In this document: piece by piece, positions 26,818 through 34,916 of the stretch
Layout: each line of letters starts with the position of its first letter
How positions within the stretch are numbered: the first letter of the stretch is position 1
Translations under genes and position numbers: made by a program
Notes under the pieces: model-generated
The model's input: only the letters and a program-made list of their open reading frames with translations
Databases searched by the model: none
What the model was told of the DNA's origin: nothing
NCBI GenBank assembly: GCA_965539975.1
Contig: CBETWA010000002.1
Coordinates: 24,244-88,243 of the forward strand
DNA from: an uncultured bacterium
Lineage (GTDB): Bacteria > Bacillota > Desulfotomaculia > Desulfotomaculales > Desulfallaceae
Direction: 5' to 3'
DNA: 64,000 nucleotides

Positions 26818-28233
26818 ATGCAGGCCAAAAGAGACTGGGAAAAGATTATCAGGAGAATGGAGCAGTTGATGCGGCTCAAGTCTTTTCCGGTGGCTTTTAA
26901 AATGCTGGAAAACAAAAATGAACTGGAAAATATCCCCTTTATGCGCCGTATGAACAAGAAGGTCACCCTCTGCCAGCTAATCACCCTGGTCAGAAACTTT
27001 GACTGGACGGTGGGAGCCGAACTGTCCGACTTCCTTTCCCCGACCTGCGCTTCCATACTGGGCTTGGCGGATACCCCGGATTTTTACAAGGACGGCACCT
27101 TCCGCAGCATCGTCTGGGTTAAAAACCGGGAGGACGGCAAAAAGTACGAGGCCTCCATTCCCCGGCTGCCCCTGGGGAAATACCAGGCGGTGGCCATGGC
27201 CCCGCTGGTATACAACCCTTTTGAACCCGATATCGTGTTATTTTACGCCAACCCGGCCCAGATGATGCTCTTGATCAATTCCCTCCAGTTTGAAAATTAC
27301 GAGGTCATGCATTTCTACTGCGTGGGCGAGTCTTCCTGCTCCGACGCCATCGCCCGGTGTTACCTGACCGGTAAACCGTCCCTGACCATACCATGTTACG
27401 GTGAAAGGCGCTACGGGCACGCCCAGGACGATGAACTGGTGATGGCCGTGCCGGTGGACATGGTAGAGAAAGCATTGAAAGGCATGGAAGCCCTTTACCG
27501 CAGGGGAATCCGCTATCCCATCAGCTTTGCCGGTGCCGAGCAGGACTTGACAAGTGCCTTCCCCGGTTCTTACAGCAGCCTGGGACAGCTGGAACTCATC
27601 CGGGGTAGTGACAACCGCCTGTTGCTTGGAGTTACCGGGGGCATCGCCACCGGCAAGAGTACCGTGGTGGAAATGCTCCGGCAAAAGGGCGCTTACGTCA
27701 TCGATTTCGATTTGCTGGCCAGGAAAGTGGTAGAGCCCGGTAAGCCGGCCTGGAAGGATATTGTGGCTTATTTCGGGGAGCAAGTCCTGCGGGAAGACCG
27801 GGCACTGGACCGGAAGAAGCTGGCGGACCTGGTATTCAAGGATATGGAAAAGCGCAAGAAGCTGGAAAGTTTCACCCACCCCAGGATAAACGAGGAGTTC
27901 GTCAAGGAACTGGGCGATATTACATCCAGGGACCCGAACGCGATTATCATGGTTGACATACCACTGATGATCGAACTCAACCTGCAGTACATGTTCCATA
28001 AAACCCTGGTGGTCTACGTACCCCGGGAGATTCAGCTCGAACGGTTGATGAAACGCGACGGGATTAGCCGCGAGGAGGCGCTGAACAGGCTGGCGGCACA
28101 GCTGCCCATTGAAGAGAAGACAGGATACGCCGACTTTGTCATCAACAACGCGGGCCCGCTTGAAGATACACAAAAACAGGTGGATGAATTATGGGAGAAA
28201 CTGAAACAAATCCAGCGGGAAAAGATGGCATAA
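26818..28233 (+). CDS. coaE: Fusion protein: N-terminal DUF169 (COG2043) domain plus C-terminal dephospho-CoA kinase
   Basis: Residues ~1-255 are DUF169-like (FPVAFKML...CQL...PTCASILG...FYCVGESSCSD). From ~270 the protein reads LLLGVTGGIATGKSTVVEML...DFDLLAR...VDIPLMIE, which is typical CoaE. Confidence 0.7.
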   Translation: MQAKRDWEKIIRRMEQLMRLKSFPVAFKMLENKNELENIPFMRRMNKKVTLCQLITLVRNFDWTVGAELSDFLSPTCASILGLADTPDFYKDGTFRSIVWVKNREDGKKYEASIPRLPLGKYQAVAMAPLVYNPFEPDIVLFYANPAQMMLLINSLQFENYEVMHFYCVGESSCSDAIARCYLTGKPSLTIPCYGERRYGHAQDDELVMAVPVDMVEKALKGMEALYRRGIRYPISFAGAEQDLTSAFPGSYSSLGQLELIRGSDNRLLLGVTGGIATGKSTVVEMLRQKGAYVIDFDLLARKVVEPGKPAWKDIVAYFGEQVLREDRALDRKKLADLVFKDMEKRKKLESFTHPRINEEFVKELGDITSRDPNAIIMVDIPLMIELNLQYMFHKTLVVYVPREIQLERLMKRDGISREEALNRLAAQLPIEEKTGYADFVINNAGPLEDTQKQVDELWEKLKQIQREKMA

Positions 28234-28280
28234 TGCCGCAAGGCCAAAAAAACCGAGACTCCCATGCCGCTATCGCAACA

Positions 28281-28622
28281 CCAGCAGAAAGATAAACACA
28301 TATGGGTATACCTGTTCCGGTCGAGCGATTTGCGGGAGCGCCGGTAACGGCACCCAGCGTAGCGAGGTTACGAAACCGGACGAGCGAACAGGACGTTCGC
28401 GAAAGCCTTTCCCGAACCGCAGACGGTGAGTTTATGGCGGTCCGGTTTCGGAAAGCGGTCAGGGGACACACCTCCCCTTTGGGGTCAAATCTTTTGGGTC
28501 GGAGGTATGTCCCCAACGGATAAGCCGCTGGTGCTGTCGACGCGGAAGTCTAAAGCGCTGCGGGGACCACCAGCCCACAAGAGACAAAAAAGTATTTTCT
28601 GGGTAGTATTTTCCGGGTAGAT
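28281..28622 (+). repeat. Structured multicopy element, copy R1 (5' end and core intact; 3' module replaced)
   Basis: GGGTATACCTGTTCCGG starts at 28304 and is collinear with 40510 onwards up to about 28555. It then carries GCGGGGACCACCAGCCCAC and a tandem AGTATTTTCYGG outer motif. Confidence 0.8.
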
Positions 28623-28663
28623 ACATGTAAAATACCGGTAATAGCATGCGATCAAAATCAAAA

Positions 28664-28690
28664 CACGCCCCTTCCCGTGAAAGGGGCGTG
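28664..28690 (-). terminator. Rho-independent terminator of the LysM gene (potentially bidirectional)
   Basis: The 9-bp stem CACGCCCCT/AGGGGCGTG is followed on the minus strand by TTTTGATTTTG. Confidence 0.75.
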
Positions 28691-28697
28691 ATACCAG

Positions 28698-29237
28698 TTA
28701 TTCCGCCGGTTTTTTGGGAACTTTAAGCGTTTGATTCACCTGCAACACCGATTCCAGTGTCAATCCATTTAACTGGGCTATTTGAGACGCGTAGCTTTCC
28801 GTGCCGTACAGGGATAGGGATATGCCGTTCAAAGTATCCCCTGGTTTGACAACATAATTTGTGTAATCGCCTCGGGTTTCGGAGCCGCCTGCGCCGGTTC
28901 CTGTACTGCTTGCGCTTGTCCCGTCGCCATTTTCGTCATCGTCTTCCCGGGCTTGATTTTCCCCGCCGGTTTTTTGTACCCGGTTGTCATTTTGAGCAAT
29001 GCTGACCTGTAGAGCTTGAATTTCTTCATTAAGTTTTTCGATCTCCACTTTTAATTTTTTGTTCTCTATCGCCAGAAAAGCTCGCTCATTGTTGACATAC
29101 CACATACCGAACAATAAGACAATCACCAGTGCGGACGTGACGATGGACAACAGTTTCCACTTAAATCCCTTTTTGTTCCCGCTGGTTGTGTCTTCTGGTT
29201 CGTACGACATGTCTTCAAACTTGCTCATTTGTGACAC
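28698..29237 (-). CDS. LysM-domain membrane protein (N-terminal TM, coiled coil, C-terminal LysM)
   Basis: The C-terminus YVVKPGDTLNGISLSLYGTESYASQIAQLNGL...LQVNQTLKVP is a LysM motif. The TM segment is LLSIVTSALVIVLLFGMWYV. Confidence 0.75.
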   Translation of the reverse strand: MSQMSKFEDMSYEPEDTTSGNKKGFKWKLLSIVTSALVIVLLFGMWYVNNERAFLAIENKKLKVEIEKLNEEIQALQVSIAQNDNRVQKTGGENQAREDDDENGDGTSASSTGTGAGGSETRGDYTNYVVKPGDTLNGISLSLYGTESYASQIAQLNGLTLESVLQVNQTLKVPKKPAE

Positions 29238-29504
29238 CTTTCCACTAAAAATAAAATATTTTTACCGCACATTATTATACCATACAGCCGGGGGACGGGC
29301 TACTTTTTACTTTTCTCTACCTTTTGCAGCAATCCTTTCGTTCACGCGCACTTGACGATTCGCTGGCATCAATTTAAGTACCGCCGGGATGCCATTAAAA
29401 CCGTTTTTTTGACAATGCGCTATAATAAAAAGTCCCGGTCAAACCGTGTAGGTGCCGGGACTTTGTTATCACCTGTTATGTTGAACTATACTTTTACTGC
29501 TGTA

Positions 29505-29562
29505 CCGGAACAGGTATACCCATGCCCAAGAGTATTTTCTGGGCAGTATTTTCCGGATAGAC
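29505..29562 (+). repeat. Solo terminus of the multicopy element (TIR plus outer subterminal repeats only)
   Basis: CCGGAACAGGTATACCC is followed by ...AGTATTTTCTGGGCAGTATTTTCCGGATAGA. No element core is adjacent. Confidence 0.7.
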
Positions 29563-29570
29563 CTCCATGC

Positions 29571-29995
29571 CGCGCTGCGGCACCAGCAGTAAGATGAAAA
29601 TAGCACTGGGGTGGGCTGGTGGCTCCCCGCAAGTGATGTACTGGAGCGTCGGTAACGGCACCCGGCGCAGCGAGGCTACGAAACCGGACGAGCGAACAGG
29701 ACGTTCGCGAAAGCCTTTCCCGAACCGCAGACGGTGAGTTTATGGCGGTCCGGTTTCGGAAAGCAGTCAGGGGACACACCTCCCTTTTTGGGTCGAAACT
29801 TTTGGGTCGGAGGTATGTCCCCAACGTATAAGACGCTGGTGCCGCCGGCGCGGGAGTTTTTAAACTCAGTGACGGTCGCCGCCGCCCGTGATATGTTCTT
29901 ATCCTTCTAAATGGTGCCGTTTTGGTAATGCGTCACCTATTGGGAAAAAGCGAGACGGAACAGGTATACCTATACTAAGGAGCGTTTTCCGGGTG
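29571..29995 (+). repeat. Structured multicopy element, copy R2 (canonical 5' TIR replaced; core, 3' module and 3' TIR intact)
   Basis: The outer 5' flank GCGGCACCAGCAGTAAGATGAAAATAGCACT resembles the R5 and R1 flanks. GTGGGCTGGTGGCTCCCCGC then replaces the TIR. From 29643 the copy is collinear with R3 and ends CGGAACAGGTATACC at 29970. Confidence 0.8.
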
Positions 29996-30007
29996 GTTTA
30001 AACAAGT

Positions 30008-30685
30008 TTAATCCTTACCCTTTTCTTCCGCCCTTCTCAGCAGGCCGGGGTCGTCCTCCCGCGGAGAGTTCACCCGGGTGGAAACAGGGTAAACTTCCAT
30101 TCGCCCACGGTAAGGACGCATCAGGTAACCAAGCGCCTCTGTATCGCTTGGGGAAAGCCACAAGTCATATTCCCGTTCCCCGGTGAAGATAACGGGCATC
30201 CGGTGGTGAATACCCGCTAAACCCGGAGCGGCGGCAGTGGTAATTATGCAGCACGAATAAACCGTGCCGCCTTCCGGCGCGTCCCAGCGGTCCCAAATAC
30301 CCGCAAAGGCAAACAGCCTTTGCCCGGGCAGGGAAATCAACACAGGCTTTTTGATTTTGCCGTCTTTTTTCCACTCGTAAAACCCGCTGGCGGGGATAAG
30401 ACAACGCCGGCGCCTGAAGGCAGCGCGAAAAGCGGGTTTTTCAGCCACAGTTTCAGCCCGGGCATTGATCATTTTATAACCGGCTTTTTTATCCCTGGCC
30501 CAGTGAGGAATAAACCCCCAGCGCATGGGGGTTATTTCCCTGTTTTCAGCGGAGCCGGTTATCACCGGTATATTTTGACCCGGGGCGATGTTGTACCGGG
30601 GTTTCACGTCAAAGTGACCGGCACGCAACCTGAATACCGCTTTTAGCGTTTCAAAATCCACGGTCATAATAAAGCGCCCGCACAT
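30008..30685 (-). CDS. SOS-response-associated peptidase (SRAP / YedK / DUF159)
   Basis: It starts MCGRF (catalytic Cys2) and contains NIAPGQ, MRWGFIPHW, INARAETV and SGFYEW. The longer track ORF (to 30955) overlaps leuB and is rejected. Confidence 0.85.
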   Translation of the reverse strand: MCGRFIMTVDFETLKAVFRLRAGHFDVKPRYNIAPGQNIPVITGSAENREITPMRWGFIPHWARDKKAGYKMINARAETVAEKPAFRAAFRRRRCLIPASGFYEWKKDGKIKKPVLISLPGQRLFAFAGIWDRWDAPEGGTVYSCCIITTAAAPGLAGIHHRMPVIFTGEREYDLWLSPSDTEALGYLMRPYRGRMEVYPVSTRVNSPREDDPGLLRRAEEKGKD

Positions 30686-30713
30686 ACGAAGACACTTCCC
30701 GGCCGGCCTCAAA

Positions 30714-31796
30714 TTAAAGCGGCTGTACGCGTTCGGCAACCGCCGTACCCATTTCGGAGGTAGAAACCTGCTTGCACCCTTCCTGCATGATATCCCGGGT
30801 GCGCAAGCCGTCGGCCAGGGCGTCGCCGACCGCCCGTTCCACAGCGTCGGCTTCGGCCTCCAGCCCCAGCGAGTAGCGCAGCAACATTGCCGCGGTAAGT
30901 ATTGTGGCCAGCGGGTTGGCCACGCCCATTCCCGCGTACTTCGGTGCCGAGCCATGGCTGGGCTCGTAAAGGCCTGTTTTGCCGCCCAGGCTGGCCGAAG
31001 GGAGCATGCCCAGGGAACCGGTAAGCATGGATGCCTGGTCGCTCAGGATGTCCCCGAAGGTGTTTTCTGTTACCAGCACGTCGAACTGGCGCGGGTTTTT
31101 CACCAGCTGCATGGCGCAGTTGTCCACATACATGTGCTCCAGTTCTACTTCGGGATAGTCGGCGGCCACCCGGGTCACAACTTCCCGCCAGTGCCTGGAT
31201 GTTTCCAGCACGTTGGCCTTGTCCACCGACGTAAGCTTTTTACGCCTCTTCATGGCCATTTCAAAGGCCAGCCGGGTGATACGCTCTATTTCCGGGGTGG
31301 TGTATTCAAGGGTATCGTAGACCCGCTGCGCGCCACCCTCCATGGGAATTCTTTTCCTTTCGCCGAAATAAAGACCGCCGGTCAGCTCCCTTACCACCAG
31401 TAGGTCCAGCCCGTCCACCACTTCGGGCTTTAGGGTGGATGCGTCAACCAGGGCCGAAAAAACCTTGGCCGGCCTCAGGTTGGCGTACAGGCCCAGTTCC
31501 TTGCGCAGTGGTAATAAAGCCCCGATTTCCGGGCGCAGGTGTACGGGTAGGTCGTCCCACTTGGGACCGCCCACCGCGCCAAGCAATATGGCGTCGCTGG
31601 CATGACAGAGATCCATTGTTTCCCGGGGTAGCGGGTGCCCTGCAGCATCGTAAGCGGCACCGCCCACCAGTCCTTCCTCAAACACAAAGTCGTGGCCGAA
31701 CTTGCGACCTACTTCCTTCAAAACTTTGACCGCTTCACCGGTTATTTCCGGGCCGATTCCATCCCCGGCCAGTACCGCAATTTTGTAATTTCCCAT
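30714..31796 (-). CDS. leuB: 3-isopropylmalate dehydrogenase
   Basis: Motifs include [56 protein letters not shown] and GSAP. The ATG at 31796 is preferred. Confidence 0.85.
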   Translation of the reverse strand: MGNYKIAVLAGDGIGPEITGEAVKVLKEVGRKFGHDFVFEEGLVGGAAYDAAGHPLPRETMDLCHASDAILLGAVGGPKWDDLPVHLRPEIGALLPLRKELGLYANLRPAKVFSALVDASTLKPEVVDGLDLLVVRELTGGLYFGERKRIPMEGGAQRVYDTLEYTTPEIERITRLAFEMAMKRRKKLTSVDKANVLETSRHWREVVTRVAADYPEVELEHMYVDNCAMQLVKNPRQFDVLVTENTFGDILSDQASMLTGSLGMLPSASLGGKTGLYEPSHGSAPKYAGMGVANPLATILTAAMLLRYSLGLEAEADAVERAVGDALADGLRTRDIMQEGCKQVSTSEMGTAVAERVQPL

Positions 31797-31984
31797 TTTA
31801 TTCACCTTTCTTTTTTATAATTTGTACTTTAATAATTGCTTTATTTGTGGGTACATAAGCATAACCCGAAGGTCGAAAAACCCTTCCCGTTATTATACCA
31901 CCAACACCCGGCCAGTTCCTTTTTTATAATGTAAAATTAGCACTTTTCAGGTATAATAACATAACATCACTTTGCAAGGAGGTT

Positions 31985-32569
31985 GTGCCGGTGAAAACAC
32001 TAGTCATTTTCGCCCACCCCAACCCAAACAGTTTCAACGCTGCGATACTGGAGGTAGTAAAGGATGAACTAAACAAAAAGGGTGCGGAAGTAAAAGTAAA
32101 AGACCTGTACGCCATGAACTGGAACCCGGTATTAAGCGCCAGCGACTTCCAGCAGATGCTGGGCGGCAAAATGCCGGAGGACATCGCCCGGGAACAGGCT
32201 GATGTGGCCTGGGCGGACATGCTGGTGCTGGTTTGCCCCATTTGGTGGTACTCGATGCCGGCCATGTTAAAGGGGTATATAGACCGGGTTATGAGCCAGG
32301 GTTTCGCCTACCAGTACACGGAAACCGGCCCGGTGGGCTTGCTGGAAGGCAAGCGGGCGGCGGTGATAACTACTTCCGGCGCCGACGAAAACACCGCCCG
32401 TCAAACCGGTATGATGGAGTCAATCAATACCTCCATCGTAAATGGTATCTTCAGGTTCTGCGGGTTCCAGGACGCCAAGTACATGAACTGCTATGCCGTG
32501 CCCATGGTTTCGGACGAGGACCGCAGGCGCATGCTGGAGCAAGTCCGGGAATTTGTAAAAGGCCTTTAA
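31985..32569 (+). CDS. Flavodoxin-like-fold NAD(P)H dehydrogenase (quinone) family protein
   Basis: VKTLVIFAHPNPNSFNAA...DLYAMNWNPVL...ADMLVLVCPIWWYSMPAMLKGYIDRV is typical of the NQO1/KefF-like family. Confidence 0.75.
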   Translation: MPVKTLVIFAHPNPNSFNAAILEVVKDELNKKGAEVKVKDLYAMNWNPVLSASDFQQMLGGKMPEDIAREQADVAWADMLVLVCPIWWYSMPAMLKGYIDRVMSQGFAYQYTETGPVGLLEGKRAAVITTSGADENTARQTGMMESINTSIVNGIFRFCGFQDAKYMNCYAVPMVSDEDRRRMLEQVREFVKGL

Positions 32570-32589
32570 GTTCCATTTCAACTGGGGTT

Positions 32590-32629
32590 CCTGGTGCCGG
32601 GTGTTGCGATTTGGAGTTGTTGCGATTTT
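32590..32629 (+). repeat. Short intergenic repeat, copy 2 of 3
   Basis: The sequence is CCTGGTGCCGGGTGTTGCGATTTGGAGTTGTTGCGATTTT. It lies about 20 nt after the preceding stop codon. Confidence 0.55.
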
Positions 32630-32823
32630 AGCTTAGGTACCAGAGGTAGAAATATCATTTTTACCCACAGGCATAAGGGGCAGGCAATAACTGCCCCTTA
32701 TGCTTTTCTCTGTAGTCCCGGACAACACAAAAGAACAACCATGACGACCAGCCGGCACGGGAGAATGGATGAAAGTTTCCATTTATTCCTGCACTTTCAC
32801 ACTAACCGTCCCCCTGTGTTCCT

Positions 32824-33120
32824 TCAACTCTTCAAGCGAAACCGGCCGCAGCTTTGCCGTTCGGGGTCGCCCTTCTCCAGGCAGCGCTCCAGTCCTTCCA
32901 GGCCCACCCGCTTGATGATTTCCATTACCGGCACCACAGCCGGTATCCTTTTCTCCAGATTACCGTACGCCTTGACGCCCGCCACACAGCCGTAACGGGT
33001 TTCCCGGCGCCCGCGGATGGCCACAAAAAACCGGCATTGCCCGCAGCGATGAACGGCCTTTTCCCGCATCTCCGGCAGCATCATGCGGTGTTTTTCCCAT
33101 AGCACGTTTCCTTTATCCAC
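32824..33120 (-). CDS. YolD-like small protein (partner of Y-family polymerases)
   Basis: It has the W..H.MMLPE motif near the N-terminus. It overlaps the polymerase gene stop by 8 nt, so the two share an operon. Confidence 0.45.
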   Translation of the reverse strand: MDKGNVLWEKHRMMLPEMREKAVHRCGQCRFFVAIRGRRETRYGCVAGVKAYGNLEKRIPAVVPVMEIIKRVGLEGLERCLEKGDPERQSCGRFRLKS

Positions 33121-34300
33121 GGTTTATGCTCCCCTCCAACAGGGACACACCCCGCATTATGGCACGCTCCCCGAAGCGGTCCCTTATGGCGTCGCAGGCC
33201 CGGGCCAGGCTGGACAGGCGCACCCGTTCCCCGAAAATGTCGCACTGGAAGTGTTTTCGCTTTACCAGGTTACTCAATGTTACCCCCACCAGGCGGATTG
33301 CCCGGGTCTCGTTCCAGCACCGGTACATTATCTGGCAGGCAGCTTGGTAAATCTCGTCGGGCAGATCGGTGTAATCGGCCATACTGCGGGAACTGGAAAA
33401 AAACCGCAATTGGGTATCCCGCAAAGTCAGGCTGACGGTGCGTCCCACGTATCCTCCCCGGCGCGCCCGGCGTGCCACCATCTCACACAGTTCCAGGATT
33501 ACCACCTTGATTTTATCGAAGCCCCGAATGTCCCGGGGCAAAGTCCTCTGCTGGCCGATGCTCTTGGAAACGTCCAGGGTGGTGGGCACCACCGGGCTGT
33601 TGTCAATACCGTTGGCGCACAGCCATAACATTTCTCCGTTTTTGCCCCACCGCCTTTTTAACACGTCCCGGGGGAACATGGCCAGATCCCCGATGGTGCG
33701 CACGTTGTAATAGCGCAAGTGCTTTTCGTAACGGGGTCCAATGCCGAACAATTCCCGCACCGGGCGGGGCCAGAACACCCGTTTAAAATCATCAACTGTT
33801 TCCAGCACGGTAAGCCCGTCGGGTTTTTGCACCCCCGCCGCCATCTTGGCAACCAGCTTATTGGGCCCTATACCCACACTGCACGGCACCCCGGCCTCGG
33901 AGCGGATACGTGCTTTAAGCATCGCCGCAATATGTTCCGGCGGCCCCCAAAGATGAATCACGCCGGTGAGGTCAGCAAAAGCCTCGTCTATGGAAAAGGG
34001 TTCAACCAGGTCTGTAAAATCACGCATTATCTTGAGGATGCGGGTGGATATATCCACGTAAAGCCGGTAGTCCGGCCTGAGAAAATACCCTTGCGGGCAC
34101 AACGCCCTGGCTTCCCACAGCGCCATGCCGGTTTTGACACCCGCAGTTTTGGCCGGGTAAGAGGCCGCCAGTACTATACCCGTCCTCTTCCGGGGGTCTC
34201 CGGCCACGATCACCTGTTTACCCCGTAGCTCCGGCTGCACAGCCTGGTGACAGCTGGCAAAAAAACTGTTCATATCGGCAAGCAAAATAACCCTTTTCAT
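33113..34300 (-). CDS. Y-family (translesion) DNA polymerase, DinB/UmuC-type
   Basis: From the M at 34300 it reads MKRVILLADMNSFFASCHQ, followed by SIDEAFADLT and palm/little-finger regions. The 39-codon track extension upstream is rejected because GGTGGTGG precedes 34300. Confidence 0.9.
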   Translation of the reverse strand: MKRVILLADMNSFFASCHQAVQPELRGKQVIVAGDPRKRTGIVLAASYPAKTAGVKTGMALWEARALCPQGYFLRPDYRLYVDISTRILKIMRDFTDLVEPFSIDEAFADLTGVIHLWGPPEHIAAMLKARIRSEAGVPCSVGIGPNKLVAKMAAGVQKPDGLTVLETVDDFKRVFWPRPVRELFGIGPRYEKHLRYYNVRTIGDLAMFPRDVLKRRWGKNGEMLWLCANGIDNSPVVPTTLDVSKSIGQQRTLPRDIRGFDKIKVVILELCEMVARRARRGGYVGRTVSLTLRDTQLRFFSSSRSMADYTDLPDEIYQAACQIMYRCWNETRAIRLVGVTLSNLVKRKHFQCDIFGERVRLSSLARACDAIRDRFGERAIMRGVSLLEGSINRG

Positions 34301-34310
34301 AACCACCACC

Positions 34311-34359
34311 CGAACATGTGTTTGGTTTTTATTATAGGTTTTATTCCCCCGTCGATCAA
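34311..34359 (-). promoter_or_regulatory. SOS-type promoter: -35 TTGATC, 17-nt spacer, -10 TATAAT, followed by a Cheo/LexA box
   Basis: On the minus strand the sequence reads TTGATC(34359-34354)-N17-TATAAT(34336-34331)-N6-CAAACACATGTTCG(34324-34311). The box matches CGAACN4GTTCG with one mismatch and lies 10 nt upstream of the ATG. Confidence 0.6.
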
Positions 34360-34786
34360 CAGGGTACAAGCGGCAAAAACCCCCAAAAAATAAGTTCACT
34401 TTAAACAAGTACGTCAATTATTATCACTTTAGTTAGAAAAAGTTACCTGTTTTCAGCCAATAATCACCATGAAATTTATTTGTGAAATAATTTACAATAC
34501 CTATTGACATCTGGTTCAATAAAAAATATCCTTAATGTAAGGGAAACGGGTCCCTGGATTATTCAAATTTCCACGCTAATCAAGGGTAGCCCGTCATAAA
34601 TTGATTACCAAATTAAGGAGGTGAGTTTTATGAGGGGGTTTTTGTCATTACATTAGTGAAATCTTTCACTATCTCCGCGGGCTATATTATTACTTTCACT
34701 CCAAATAAGTACTAAATTATTTGTCACCTGGCGTGTTCTTACCAAAAGGAGTTATGTTAAGGGGAAGGGGAATGTAACAGTTTTAA

Positions 34787-34821
34787 CTCTTACCACAAAA
34801 AAACAAAAACATAACCGGCTG
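34787..34821 (+). repeat. 35-nt A-rich leader motif, copy 1 of 2
   Basis: CTCTTACCACAAAAAAACAAAAACATAACCGGCTG is 34/35 identical to 41842-41876. Confidence 0.6.
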
Positions 34822-34916
34822 TTTCTTAAAGATTTAAATGAAAAACTATAAATAAAGACAAGTCAATTAACCAGAGATGAAAATTTCAACAACCCGTTTA
34901 TAAGGGGGTTAAGCCA

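Noticed and set aside
28142-28523. ORFs on both strands inside the multicopy element: 28302-28523(+), 28142-28516(-), 29486-29824(-), 40502-40729(+), 50818-51105(-) and 63175-63534(-).
   Set aside because: Both strands are open only because the sequence is GC-rich and palindromic. Copies differ by indels that break frames, and R5 deletes whole blocks. Substitutions are not biased toward synonymous sites, and there are no SD sequences.
30686-30955. A 90-codon N-terminal extension of the SRAP ORF (track ORF 30008-30955).
   Set aside because: SRAP proteins must begin Met-Cys (MCGRF at 30685). The extension overlaps the 3' end of leuB and is Trp/Arg/Pro-rich nonsense.
32591-32606. A sigma-54 (-24/-12) promoter, TGGTGCCGGGTGTTGC, within the short repeat.
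   Set aside because: The GG to GC spacing is one nucleotide too long compared with TGGCAC-N5-TTGC. Two of the three copies have TTGAA instead of TTGC. One copy is inverted relative to any downstream gene.
32602-32628. A CRISPR-like array suggested by the TGTTGCGATTT direct repeats.
   Set aside because: There are only two 11-nt units with a 16-nt period inside a 40-nt dispersed repeat. No cas genes are present and the window has no multi-unit array.
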